Assembly (NCBI GenBank): GCA_944371325.1 | Contig: CALVXO010000005.1 | Location: 6,441-70,440, forward strand | Direction of reading: 5' to 3' | DNA length: 64,000 bases | From: an uncultured Bacilli bacterium | GTDB lineage: Bacteria; Bacillota_I; Bacilli_A; RF39; UBA660 | In this document: positions 29,021 to 38,222 of the stretch, one piece after another | Layout of the letters: every line of letters starts with the position of its first letter | How positions within the stretch are numbered: position 1 is the first letter of the stretch | Position numbers and translations under genes: made by a program | Notes under the pieces: model-generated | Told to the model about the DNA's origin: nothing | What the model saw: the letters and a program-made list of their open reading frames with translations, nothing else | Databases searched by the model: none

Positions 29021-31393
29021 TTAATTATATTGAAATAAAGAACTTTTATGTCTTAAAATTATAAAAATAATTAATGCTGTTAAACTTATAAATAACCCTA
29101 ATTTAAATCCTTTTACTTCATAAATTATTTCAATTTCGTGATAACCTTTTTCTAAATCTAAACCAATAAAATTATCAATAACTTTATAATAATCAGTTTC
29201 TTTATTATCAACTAATATTTTAAATCCATTATCATAAGGAATACTTAAAAATAATACATTATTATCGTCAACATTAATGTTTCCTTTAATATGATCTTCC
29301 TTAAAATTAGTTATATTTAATTGATTATCTTTTAGTATATTATATTTATTCATAAATTCATCAAAATTGAAATAAGCTAAATAAAGTTCATCAATATTTT
29401 CAGTTTTTATTTCAATATCATCAAAGTTATTTTCAAAAAATAAACTTCTGTTTGTCTTATCATCAAAACTATAACATTTTTCATTTACACACAAACTATT
29501 ATTTTTTTTATAATCATTTATTATAGATAATAAATAAAAATCTTCATCTTTTAATTCAACATTATCATCATACAAATATTCTTCATACACGTTATAAGTT
29601 GTACTTGTCATATTATTAATAATTTTATTTTGACAATCAAATGGATTGTTACAATCAATATCTTCTTTTATTTTATTAGAAACCATATAGCCTAAACTTA
29701 AATTATATGGATTTTGATATAAATAACTATCAATATATCCAATACCATAGAACTCTTCTTCATAAGCAGATATTTTATTAGTGTTAATTAAATTATAATA
29801 CTTTAATTCATTTAAAGATACAATATATTTAATATTAAATAAACTATCCAGCAATATATAATTATTGTAACCCAACATATTATTACTAGTGTTATATCCT
29901 ATATTATTATAAAAACTTTTATTAAAATAAGCACTTGAAAACCAGCCACTTGAACCATAATATCCATAAGTTAAAGAATCATTATAAGCAAATCTAGTTA
30001 AAAATTCTAAACGGTAGAATGAATCATCATCTATATTATCTAAAATATTTTGCTTTTCCATATAAATATTATTTAAATAAGTTTTTGTTGAAAATTCATA
30101 CTTTTTAAATATTGTATAACTATTAAAGAATAATTCTGATATTGCTAAAACACTAAACAATATTTTAATTTCTTTATTACTACTTTTAAAAATAATTAAA
30201 TACATTAAAAATAATATAATACTTATATAAATATTAATATAATTCATAATATCTCTTAAAATTACTAACTCACTTATTAATAAAAATATAACAAATACTA
30301 TATAATACCATATCTTATCTATATATTTTATATTAATAAATGATTTTAAACAAAGACTTATTATAAATATATTAAATAAATATATATATCTAAAATTATA
30401 CCCAATAGGTGAAGATAAAGCATGCCAAATATTATCAAATGGTACAAAAATAATATTTAAAAATAAAATAATTATAAATATTAAAGATAATATTTTTTCT
30501 TTTAAATTTATTTTTTTATTAACAAAATAAAATAATAACAAAACAACATTAAATATTCCAATATATAAATACGGATGATAATAATTCAATATGCCGTATT
30601 CAACATTAGAACCAACAAATAATTTAGATAGTACCCCTAAAATATCATTATTAAACAAATAGTCCTTTGAACTATTTCTTTCTATTTTTATAAGTTCTAA
30701 TAAATTAGGTATATGTAAAAACATAGTCATTAAACCAAACAAAATAGAAATTATTATAAATATTTTAATCGATTTTTTATCTTTGTTGCTTAATAAATAT
30801 TTATATATAAAATATAAGACGCAAAATAAGCAACACATATATCCCATATAATAATTAGATAAAACAATTAAAAATAAAGTAATTCCATATAATAAATATT
30901 TTTTTTCTCTTATTATCTTATCAACACCTAATAATAATAAAGGGCTTAAAAAATAAGCATCTAACCACATAAATTGGAAATAATTTGCTAGGCTATAAAA
31001 AGATAATGCATAAGCAGTAGAAAAAATTAATATATACTTACTTTTATAATTATATTTTAAATAATTATACATAGTTAGACCACATAAACTTATTTTTACT
31101 AAAACAGTTATGATTAAAAATAACTCAATATTATCAAAAAATATAACTAACAAGTTAGAAAATGACCCCAAATAATAGGCAATAGTTGCAATCATTGGAG
31201 AACCTAATCCAACTTGAAAAGAAAAAAAAGAGTCATTATTAAATAATTGTTTTAAATAAATAAATGATTGATAATATTGATATTTTGAGTCACTATATAA
31301 AATAGAATTTTCACCAAATATAAAATTATTAATAAAAAATAAAACAATTAAACAGAAAAAAGGAATAAAAAATGATAATAATTGTTTTTTCAT
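29021..31393 (-). CDS. YfhO-family polytopic membrane protein (GT-C-like glycosyltransferase family)
   Basis: Has more than 12 TM helices followed by a ~300-aa C-terminal extracytoplasmic domain and a final TM. The N-terminal blocks (YSDSKYQYYQSFIYLKQ, FSFQVGLGSPM) resemble YfhO. The ATG at 31391-31393 follows SD AAGGAG. Confidence 0.7.
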   Translation of the reverse strand: MKKQLLSFFIPFFCLIVLFFINNFIFGENSILYSDSKYQYYQSFIYLKQLFNNDSFFSFQVGLGSPMIATIAYYLGSFSNLLVIFFDNIELFLIITVLVKISLCGLTMYNYLKYNYKSKYILIFSTAYALSFYSLANYFQFMWLDAYFLSPLLLLGVDKIIREKKYLLYGITLFLIVLSNYYMGYMCCLFCVLYFIYKYLLSNKDKKSIKIFIIISILFGLMTMFLHIPNLLELIKIERNSSKDYLFNNDILGVLSKLFVGSNVEYGILNYYHPYLYIGIFNVVLLLFYFVNKKINLKEKILSLIFIIILFLNIIFVPFDNIWHALSSPIGYNFRYIYLFNIFIISLCLKSFINIKYIDKIWYYIVFVIFLLISELVILRDIMNYINIYISIILFLMYLIIFKSSNKEIKILFSVLAISELFFNSYTIFKKYEFSTKTYLNNIYMEKQNILDNIDDDSFYRLEFLTRFAYNDSLTYGYYGSSGWFSSAYFNKSFYNNIGYNTSNNMLGYNNYILLDSLFNIKYIVSLNELKYYNLINTNKISAYEEEFYGIGYIDSYLYQNPYNLSLGYMVSNKIKEDIDCNNPFDCQNKIINNMTSTTYNVYEEYLYDDNVELKDEDFYLLSIINDYKKNNSLCVNEKCYSFDDKTNRSLFFENNFDDIEIKTENIDELYLAYFNFDEFMNKYNILKDNQLNITNFKEDHIKGNINVDDNNVLFLSIPYDNGFKILVDNKETDYYKVIDNFIGLDLEKGYHEIEIIYEVKGFKLGLFISLTALIIFIILRHKSSLFQYN

Positions 31394-31412
31394 AAGCAAA
31401 CTCCTTTATATG

Positions 31413-31437
31413 AAAAAAGCCTCACAAATTGTGAAGC
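31413..31437 (-). terminator. rho-independent terminator between the pilin gene and the yfhO-like gene
   Basis: The minus strand reads GCTTCACA-ATT-TGTGAGGC (one G-U pair) followed by TTTTTT. Confidence 0.55.
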
Positions 31438-31451
31438 AATTTTAATTATTA

Positions 31452-31890
31452 CTATGCTCCTGCTCCTGGGTAAGCACTAGGAACAGTATCTGATTTTGTT
31501 GACGGATCTGGAACAGTTCCATTAGCAACATCTAAAAAGTAACCATTAGATAATACATAAAATGAATATACTCCATCTGCTACTTTTACAGAACTAACTT
31601 CAGCATTACCTAAATTTACCATATCTGCTACATTTTCAGCAGTAATAGTTCCAGATGAAGCAGTAGGACATTTAGCTGCTGATGCTTGTACTGAACCCAT
31701 TTGAATTTTCATATCTTCAGTTGCACAATAACTTTGAATACCACTTAAAATCATACTAGCTTCTGATTTAGCAGCACTCTTACGAGCATCTTCTACAACA
31801 TCTAAAATAATAGGTGTTGCGATTAAAGCTACGATTGCTAAAATGATAATAACTGCTAACAATTCGATTAAAGTAAAACCTTTTTTCATT
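31452..31890 (-). CDS. type IV pilin / pseudopilin (PilA/ComGC-like), 145 aa
   Basis: MKKGFTLIELLAVIIILAIVALIATPIILDVVEDARKSAA is a class III signal with Glu at +5. The ATG at 31888-31890 follows SD GGTGGTGAG. Confidence 0.85.
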
Positions 31891-31971
31891 AATCTCACCA
31901 CCTTACTTTTCTAACTATCTTCATTATACATTGTTTTTTTATTTAAGTCAATTAATTATGTAAATTAAATG

Positions 31972-31999
31972 AAAAAAGTCAAAATACTATTCTGACTTT
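31972..31999 (-). terminator. imperfect hairpin plus U-tract after the upstream pilin gene
   Basis: The minus strand reads AAAGTCAGAAT-AG-TATTTTGACTTT followed by TTTC. One arm lies inside the coding end. Confidence 0.4.
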
Positions 32000-32376
32000 G
32001 TTGGATCTGCCCATACTCCTCCTGTCATAACAACTTTATAACCATTACTTATAACAGTTATTGCAGTTACTCTTCCATCTGTATATGTTGGATCACCTGA
32101 TAAAGTAGCGTTCCCCATATTAACCATTGTTGGAACTTCACTAGTTGTTACACCATCGGCACATATATCAGTATATTCATCGTCAATTTGAGCTTTCATT
32201 TCAGCTGTTGCACAAAAGGTATTAATTCCACTTACAATCATATTAGCTTCAGAAGCAGCAGCACTCTTACGAGCATCTTCTACAACATCCAAAATAATAG
32301 GTGTTGCAATTAAAGCTACAATAGCCAAAATAATTATTACTGCTAATAATTCAATTAATGTAAAACCTTTTTTCAT
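31987..32376 (-). CDS. type IV pilin / pseudopilin (PilA/ComGC-like), 129 aa
   Basis: The first ~45 residues match the downstream pilin (MKKGFTLIELLAVIIILAIVALIATPIILDVVEDARKSAA). The C-terminal globular part differs. Confidence 0.85.
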   Translation of the reverse strand: MKKGFTLIELLAVIIILAIVALIATPIILDVVEDARKSAAASEANMIVSGINTFCATAEMKAQIDDEYTDICADGVTTSEVPTMVNMGNATLSGDPTYTDGRVTAITVISNGYKVVMTGGVWADPTKSE

Positions 32377-32435
32377 CAATTTCACCACCTTTTAATTTTA
32401 TTTTGTACAAATTCATAAAAAATATGTGAAACATT

Positions 32436-32465
32436 AAAAAAAATCAAACTTTTATATTTGATTTT
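32436..32465 (-). terminator. rho-independent terminator after efp
   Basis: The minus strand reads AAATCAAA-tataaaag-TTTGATTT followed by TTTTT. Confidence 0.5.
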
Positions 32466-32473
32466 ATAAATAA

Positions 32474-33031
32474 TTAAGCTCTTGAATCGTATTTACCTGT
32501 ACTAGTAGAAATAATAACTTTTTCGCCTTGCTCAACAAATAAAGGAACTCTTACTACTAATCCAGTTTCTAATGTAGCATCTTTTGTAGCATTGTTAGTA
32601 GTATTACCTTTAACAGCAGGTTCAGTATGAACTACTTCTAATTCTACTTTATCTGGTAACATAACACCTAATAATTCACCTTCATAAAAACTTAAATCAA
32701 CGTTTAATCCTTCTTTTAAGTAATTAATATCATCACCTAATTGATCTTTAGTTAATTCAATTTGTTCATATGATTCCATATTCATAAAATTGTAAGTGTC
32801 ACCTGATGCATATAAAAATTGCATTGGTCTTTTTTCAATCATAGCTTTTTCTAATTTAGTACCACTATTAAATGATTTTTCAGTAGTAGAACCAGTTCTT
32901 AAATTTCTTATTTTCATTTTAACAAAAGCTGCACCTTTACCAGGCTTAACATGTGAAAATTCTAATACTTGATAAATATCTCCATCTAATACAAATGTAA
33001 TACCATTTTTAATATCATTTACATTTATCAT
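32474..33031 (-). CDS. efp: elongation factor P
   Basis: Motif HVKPGKGAAFV, three-domain length (185 aa), and C-terminal TGKYDSRA. Confidence 0.95.
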   Translation of the reverse strand: MINVNDIKNGITFVLDGDIYQVLEFSHVKPGKGAAFVKMKIRNLRTGSTTEKSFNSGTKLEKAMIEKRPMQFLYASGDTYNFMNMESYEQIELTKDQLGDDINYLKEGLNVDLSFYEGELLGVMLPDKVELEVVHTEPAVKGNTTNNATKDATLETGLVVRVPLFVEQGEKVIISTSTGKYDSRA

Positions 33032-33044
33032 ATTTTACCCCCTA

Positions 33045-33212
33045 TTATTTTTTTTCTTTATGAGTTGTAGTTGTTTTACATTTTGGACAATGTTTTTTTA
33101 ATTCTAAGCGTTCTGTTGTATTACGTTTATTTTTTTCTGTACGATAGTTTTCACTTTTACATTCTGTACATTGAAGAGTAATTCTTTCTCTTGCTTCTCC
33201 TTTTTTAGCCAT
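33045..33212 (-). CDS. rpmG: 50S ribosomal protein L33 (not in the supplied ORF track)
   Basis: The minus strand reads [55 protein letters not shown]. It has the CxxC...CxxC zinc ribbon. SD is AAGGAGGGA. Confidence 0.9.
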   Translation of the reverse strand: MAKKGEARERITLQCTECKSENYRTEKNKRNTTERLELKKHCPKCKTTTTHKEKK

Positions 33213-33244
33213 ATATTAATCCCTCCTTTTAAAACACTTACATA

Positions 33245-33272
33245 ATTATACCAAATTATTCAAGAAATTCAA
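33245..33272 (-). promoter_or_regulatory. candidate sigma-A promoter (extended -10) for rpmG-efp
   Basis: The minus strand reads TTGAAT (33267-33272), a 16-nt spacer, then TGgTATAAT (-10 at 33245-33250). Confidence 0.45.
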
Positions 33273-33308
33273 AGTGTTTTTTTATTATATTGATTAAAAT
33301 TATGTAAT

Positions 33309-35372
33309 TTAATCATACATTTCAAAATATTTTGAAGAAATTCTATAAGAAATGTTTCTATTTATAGGTGCTCGCGAAGTAGATGTTTCTTTATAAAAAA
33401 TATCTGGAGAAACTATTACAAAGGAAACTTTAGGATTATCATATGGAGCATATGCTCCAAAAGTATTACTCATAGTTTCTTTATCAACAACTCCGTCACC
33501 ATCTGTATCTATAAAACTTTCACTAGTTCCAGTTTTACCAGCAGCATTATACTTGGTATTGACAAAATTTACTCCTAATCCGCTAGAAACCATGTTAGCT
33601 CTAAAACCTTCTTGGATTCTATCAATATATTTCTCTTCTAAATCAACTTTATTTAATACAACTGTTTCAGTTTCATATAGTAAATCAGTTAACCCATCTT
33701 TAGTTGGTTTATATACTGCTTTTAATAAATGCGGTTGTATCCTATATCCACCATTGGCAATTGTATTTATGTACTGACTTAATTGAATTGGTGTATATGT
33801 ATCAAACTGACCGATTGCAAAGTCTAGTAAATGTCCAGGTAATGTACTATCACTTGTATAACCTAAACTTTCAACTGGTAAATCAATGCCTGTCTTAACT
33901 CCTAACCCAAATTGATTAAAGGTTTCACGATAAATATTAAAAGCCTCTGGATCAATACTTAATTTACCATCATATGTATAATTACCTTTACCAACATTTA
34001 TAGCTGTATAAAATTGATAAACATTAGAAGAATATCTTAAAGCATCTATATCATCAATATTACCTAAATTTGTCCAAGAGCATTTTAAAGGTGTATCAGC
34101 TATTTTTATACATGTATCATATCTTTTTTCGCCTATTTTTAAAGCTCCTGTTTTATAACCAACAGCATGTGAAGCACCTTTTACGATAGATCCTGCTGTA
34201 ACAGGTGTTGTAACAATACCTGGTGTATAATCATAGACTTCATATTTTCCATCTTTTTCTACGACTTGTTTTCCGGCCATAGCTAATATTTCACCAGTGT
34301 TAGGATCACTAATAATAACAAATGATCTATTATAATATTTTGTATTAGGATACTCTTTACCTTTTAAAACTTCTTCTTCCAGTATTTTTTCTACTTCTTT
34401 TTGAAGTTTTATATCAATAGTTAAAACAATATCATTACCACGACTACCTTCATCAATTATTTTTCTTGTTCCGTCATCTAATATTTGATAAACAGTTTTT
34501 TCTCCTTTTAAAATTGATTCATATTGATATTCTAAATAACTAATACCTACTCTATCATTTAAACTATATCCTAAATCTAAATAATAATCTTTTAATTCGT
34601 ATGGAATACCTGTTTCATTAGTTGAGACACTGCCTAAAATTGTTTTAAAAACATCACCATAAGGATATACTCTATTCCAATCTAACCTTACATCAAACCC
34701 TTTAAGATTATTGACATTTTCAGCAATTAAAGCATATTCTTTATCAGTTACATCTTCTTTTTTTATTACTTTTTCATCATAACTATACCCAACATTCATT
34801 AAATAATAAATATAAGCAGCTTTTAAATCTATTTCTTCATAATCATCTAATTGTTCATCTATTCTTTCTATTTTTAGATTTTCTATATCAGTAGAAGTTA
34901 TTTTTCTTTCTTCTAATTGTTGCCATTCTTCTTCTGTTATTAATTTATCAGATTCTTCTTTGTTATTTAATATCCAAAATTTTTTTAAATTTTTACTACT
35001 TAATTGTTCATAATCTAATGAAATCATATCTGCTACTTTATATGCTATTTCTATTTCTTCTTTTGTTGTTATTCCACTTGGCTTTTTATAAAAAATTACT
35101 TTAACAGCTTCATTATCTACTATTATTTCACCATTTCGATCATAAATTCTACCTCTTGGTGTACTAGTAGATGTAACAATATTTTGACTTAACTGTTCAA
35201 CTTTTTGAGTATAAAAATCATGTTTTACAACTTGAATTATAAATAAGTTACTTCCTAATATAAACATTATTATGCATATTACTATAATTAAAATATTATA
35301 TCTTTTTTCAACTGTTTCTTTAATATCTTTATTTTTTATACTTACATTATAAATCTTTTTGTACTTCTTCAT
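33309..35372 (-). CDS. class B penicillin-binding protein (PBP2/SpoVD-like transpeptidase)
   Basis: N-terminal TM anchor and dimerisation domain. Motifs SIVK (SxxK), SSN and KTGT in the expected order. Confidence 0.9.
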   Translation of the reverse strand: MKKYKKIYNVSIKNKDIKETVEKRYNILIIVICIIMFILGSNLFIIQVVKHDFYTQKVEQLSQNIVTSTSTPRGRIYDRNGEIIVDNEAVKVIFYKKPSGITTKEEIEIAYKVADMISLDYEQLSSKNLKKFWILNNKEESDKLITEEEWQQLEERKITSTDIENLKIERIDEQLDDYEEIDLKAAYIYYLMNVGYSYDEKVIKKEDVTDKEYALIAENVNNLKGFDVRLDWNRVYPYGDVFKTILGSVSTNETGIPYELKDYYLDLGYSLNDRVGISYLEYQYESILKGEKTVYQILDDGTRKIIDEGSRGNDIVLTIDIKLQKEVEKILEEEVLKGKEYPNTKYYNRSFVIISDPNTGEILAMAGKQVVEKDGKYEVYDYTPGIVTTPVTAGSIVKGASHAVGYKTGALKIGEKRYDTCIKIADTPLKCSWTNLGNIDDIDALRYSSNVYQFYTAINVGKGNYTYDGKLSIDPEAFNIYRETFNQFGLGVKTGIDLPVESLGYTSDSTLPGHLLDFAIGQFDTYTPIQLSQYINTIANGGYRIQPHLLKAVYKPTKDGLTDLLYETETVVLNKVDLEEKYIDRIQEGFRANMVSSGLGVNFVNTKYNAAGKTGTSESFIDTDGDGVVDKETMSNTFGAYAPYDNPKVSFVIVSPDIFYKETSTSRAPINRNISYRISSKYFEMYD

Positions 35373-35889
35373 AAATTTTACTTACTTTGCTAAAATCTAC
35401 AATTGAAAAAAAATTATTAATATATTCTTGTCGATTATTTTGATAATCTAAAAAATAAGCGTGTTCCCATAAATCTAAATTCATGATTGGTTTTAGCCCA
35501 TAAGAATATGGTGTATCTTCATTAGATGTGTTGATTATTTCTAAATTGTTATCTTTATTTAATACTAAAAAAGTATAACCAGATCCAACAACATAATTAG
35601 CATTTTTAATAAATTCTTCTTTAAAATTAGAAATAGAACCAAAGTCTTCTATTAATTTATTTTTTAAATTTTCACTTAATTCACCTTGACCTAAAATACT
35701 AAAAAATAATTGATGATTTAAAACACCACCTAAATTAAATAAAATATTACCTCTTTCATTTATAGGAAATTGATCAATATTATTAACTAAATTTTTATAA
35801 TCTTTTAAATCACCTAGTTTATCAATATAATCATTTAATATTTTATTATGAATACTCATAGTAAAATCAGTTATATATGGTTCGTACAT
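35347..35889 (-). CDS. Fe/Mn superoxide dismutase family protein, N-terminally short and divergent
   Basis: C-terminal DLWEHAYFLDYQNNRQEYI is the SOD signature (D..WEHAYY). LNHQLFF matches NH..FW. The N-terminus has only SIHNK where HHxKHH is expected. SD is AAGGAGG. Confidence 0.75.
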   Translation of the reverse strand: MYEPYITDFTMSIHNKILNDYIDKLGDLKDYKNLVNNIDQFPINERGNILFNLGGVLNHQLFFSILGQGELSENLKNKLIEDFGSISNFKEEFIKNANYVVGSGYTFLVLNKDNNLEIINTSNEDTPYSYGLKPIMNLDLWEHAYFLDYQNNRQEYINNFFSIVDFSKVSKIYEEVQKDL

Positions 35890-35964
35890 ATTATTCCTCC
35901 TTTTAATATTTTATTTAATTTTCATAACATTATTCATCACTACATATAATATAACGGTGATGAT

Positions 35965-36219
35965 ATGAAAGAAAAATTAATTAGTGAATATGTTAGTAAA
36001 ATGACTTTGGATGATGTAAATAATTTTGCTTTAAAAAATGGAATTATTTTAAAAGATACTGAAGTAAAACTTATTTACGATCATATCAAAAATAATTGGC
36101 GTACTATCGTTTTTGGAAATCCTAGAGGTATATTAGACGATTTAAAAGAAAAACTAGATAGTACAAGTTATCAAAAAATAGAATCTTTATATATTTATTT
36201 CAAAAATCTTTATTTATAA
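35965..36219 (+). CDS. small hypothetical protein (DUF2624/YqfT-like, tentative)
   Basis: An 84-aa helical protein. The family call rests only on overall pattern and position next to nfo. Confidence 0.4.
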   Translation: MKEKLISEYVSKMTLDDVNNFALKNGIILKDTEVKLIYDHIKNNWRTIVFGNPRGILDDLKEKLDSTSYQKIESLYIYFKNLYL

Positions 36220-37091
36220 TAGTTCCTTATATCGTTAATTAAATTTTTATTAAATTTTTTATTTAAAATCATTTCTATTTCAAATTTATAAGGTGGGTAC
36301 ATTCTTTCTTTAGAATCATCAGAAATAGATACATAAGGTGTCTCTAATATTTTAGGGATATTTTTTAGTTTTTCATGATATATTATTTTAATTAAATTAT
36401 CAAAACCAATTGTTCCATAGCCAATATTTTCATGTCTATCTTTATGTGTATTAATTAAATTTTTACTATCATTTACATGAACACATTTTAAATGTTTTAA
36501 TCCAATTATTTTATCAAACAAATCTAATACTTCATCAAAATTATTTAAATCATATCCAGCATCATTTATATGACATGTATCTAAACAAACACCTAAAGGA
36601 TAATCTACATTATCTATAATTTCTTTTATTTCTTCAAATGTTTTACCTAGTTCAGTTCCTTTTCCTGCCATAGTCTCTAGTAATATCAAAACATTACTTT
36701 TACCTACTTTGTTTAAATTATCAATAATATTTTTTATTCCTTCTTCTTTACTTAATTTCACACTACTACCAGGATGTAGCACTAATTTGGTCATACCTAA
36801 TTGTTCAACTCTTTTTAATTCTTCTTTTAAAAATGTAACTGCAAAATCATTATTAGAAGCCAAATTAATTATATAAGGAGCATGAACAACTACATTATTT
36901 ATATCAATATTATTTTTTTTCATTATTTCCATTGCTTCTTTAGTCAAATCATCATTTATTGGTTGTCTACTAGTATTTTGTGGAGCACCTGTATAAAACA
37001 TAAAAGTAGTACTTCCGTACCCTAGTGCTTCGTTGACACTTCCCACTAATTGAGTATCTTTTTTAAATGAAACATGTGATCCTATTATCAT
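36210..37091 (-). CDS. nfo: deoxyribonuclease IV (endonuclease IV)
   Basis: Motifs IGSHVS, VVHAPYIINLAS, LHPGS, LETMAGKG and CLDTCH, which are the AP endonuclease family 2 metal-site blocks. Confidence 0.9.
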   Translation of the reverse strand: MIIGSHVSFKKDTQLVGSVNEALGYGSTTFMFYTGAPQNTSRQPINDDLTKEAMEIMKKNNIDINNVVVHAPYIINLASNNDFAVTFLKEELKRVEQLGMTKLVLHPGSSVKLSKEEGIKNIIDNLNKVGKSNVLILLETMAGKGTELGKTFEEIKEIIDNVDYPLGVCLDTCHINDAGYDLNNFDEVLDLFDKIIGLKHLKCVHVNDSKNLINTHKDRHENIGYGTIGFDNLIKIIYHEKLKNIPKILETPYVSISDDSKERMYPPYKFEIEMILNKKFNKNLINDIRNYYK

Positions 37092-37196
37092 CTAATCATC
37101 TCCCTATATAATTATAATAAATAAAATTAATAAATACAATATCATATAAATAAAAGTTTAATATTTTATCTATTTTTATAATTAGATTTTTGTACA

Positions 37197-37221
37197 TTAA
37201 AAAAACACTATTAAGTGTTTA
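37197..37221 (-). terminator. rho-independent terminator after mraY
   Basis: The minus strand reads AAACAC-TTAATA-GTGTTT followed by TTTTT. It overlaps the stop codon. Confidence 0.5.
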
Positions 37222-38208
37222 TATCCATACACCCCATAGTATTGCTATGGCGGCTAAAACAATTCCGAAAAACCAAAATGTCTTAACTATATCTAATTCT
37301 TGCCATCCTAGTTTTTCAAAATGATGATGTAAAGGTGTCATTAAAAATATTCTTTTCCCAGTAAATCTTACTGATGCTCTTTGAATTATACATACTAAAG
37401 TTTCAACTACAAATACACCTGCTACAACTATTAAAGTTAATTCATGACTTGATACAATTGAAACAGCGGCTAAAGTACCACCTAAGGCTAAAGAACCGGT
37501 ATCACCCATAAATACTTTAGCAGGATATGTATTAAAGAAACAAAATGCTATTAATGCTCCTACTAATATAAAGCAAAAAACACCAATATCTTCATTACCT
37601 TCAATACCAAGTGATGCCCAAGCTATCATACCAAAAGCTAAAAACGCTATTGCTGATAAACCACCTGCTAATCCATCTAAACCATCCGTTAAATTAACTG
37701 CATTAGTAGTTGCTACTAACATAAGTAATATTAATAACCAATAAAACAAACCTAAAGGAATAGTTAAATTAAATGTATATATTTCTAATACAGGTTCTCT
37801 TCCACCTGCTCTAAACAAAACAAAGAATATAATAGCTATTAATATTTGACCTATTAATTTTTGTGTTTCAGTTAAACCAAAATTATTATGTCTTTTAATA
37901 ATTAAATAATCATCAATAAATCCTAATAAACCATAAGCTAAGAAAACAAATAAAACAATTCCTAAATTATAAGTCATTTCTAATTTATTTAATAAAAGTA
38001 ATATAACAACTGATAATATAGTTGGAATTATAAATATTAATCCTCCCATTGTTGGAGTACCATCTTTATCTTTATGTTTAGCTATAAAAATACTTACAGT
38101 TTGTTTTATATTTAATTTTTTTAATAAGGGAATTAAAATAACTCCAAATATAATTGATAATATAAACCCTATCATGAATGCTAGTACAGCTTTTGCTAAA
38201 ATTAACAC
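37219..38208 (-). CDS. mraY: phospho-N-acetylmuramoyl-pentapeptide transferase
   Basis: Motifs KDGTPTMGG, NAVNLTDGLDGLA, FMGDTGSLALGG and PLHHHFE, with ten TM helices. GTG start after SD GGAGATGA. Confidence 0.95.
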   Translation of the reverse strand: MLILAKAVLAFMIGFILSIIFGVILIPLLKKLNIKQTVSIFIAKHKDKDGTPTMGGLIFIIPTILSVVILLLLNKLEMTYNLGIVLFVFLAYGLLGFIDDYLIIKRHNNFGLTETQKLIGQILIAIIFFVLFRAGGREPVLEIYTFNLTIPLGLFYWLLILLMLVATTNAVNLTDGLDGLAGGLSAIAFLAFGMIAWASLGIEGNEDIGVFCFILVGALIAFCFFNTYPAKVFMGDTGSLALGGTLAAVSIVSSHELTLIVVAGVFVVETLVCIIQRASVRFTGKRIFLMTPLHHHFEKLGWQELDIVKTFWFFGIVLAAIAILWGVWI

Positions 38209-38222
38209 ATAATCATCTCCAC

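Noticed and set aside
33553-33898. Two plus-strand ORFs inside the PBP gene
   Set aside because: They are antisense shadow ORFs across the conserved transpeptidase domain.
36210-36219. 10-nt overlap of convergent genes (small ORF and nfo) as a second shared-palindrome terminator
   Set aside because: Unlike the site at 25974-25999, this sequence is not a perfect palindrome and I could not draw a convincing hairpin.
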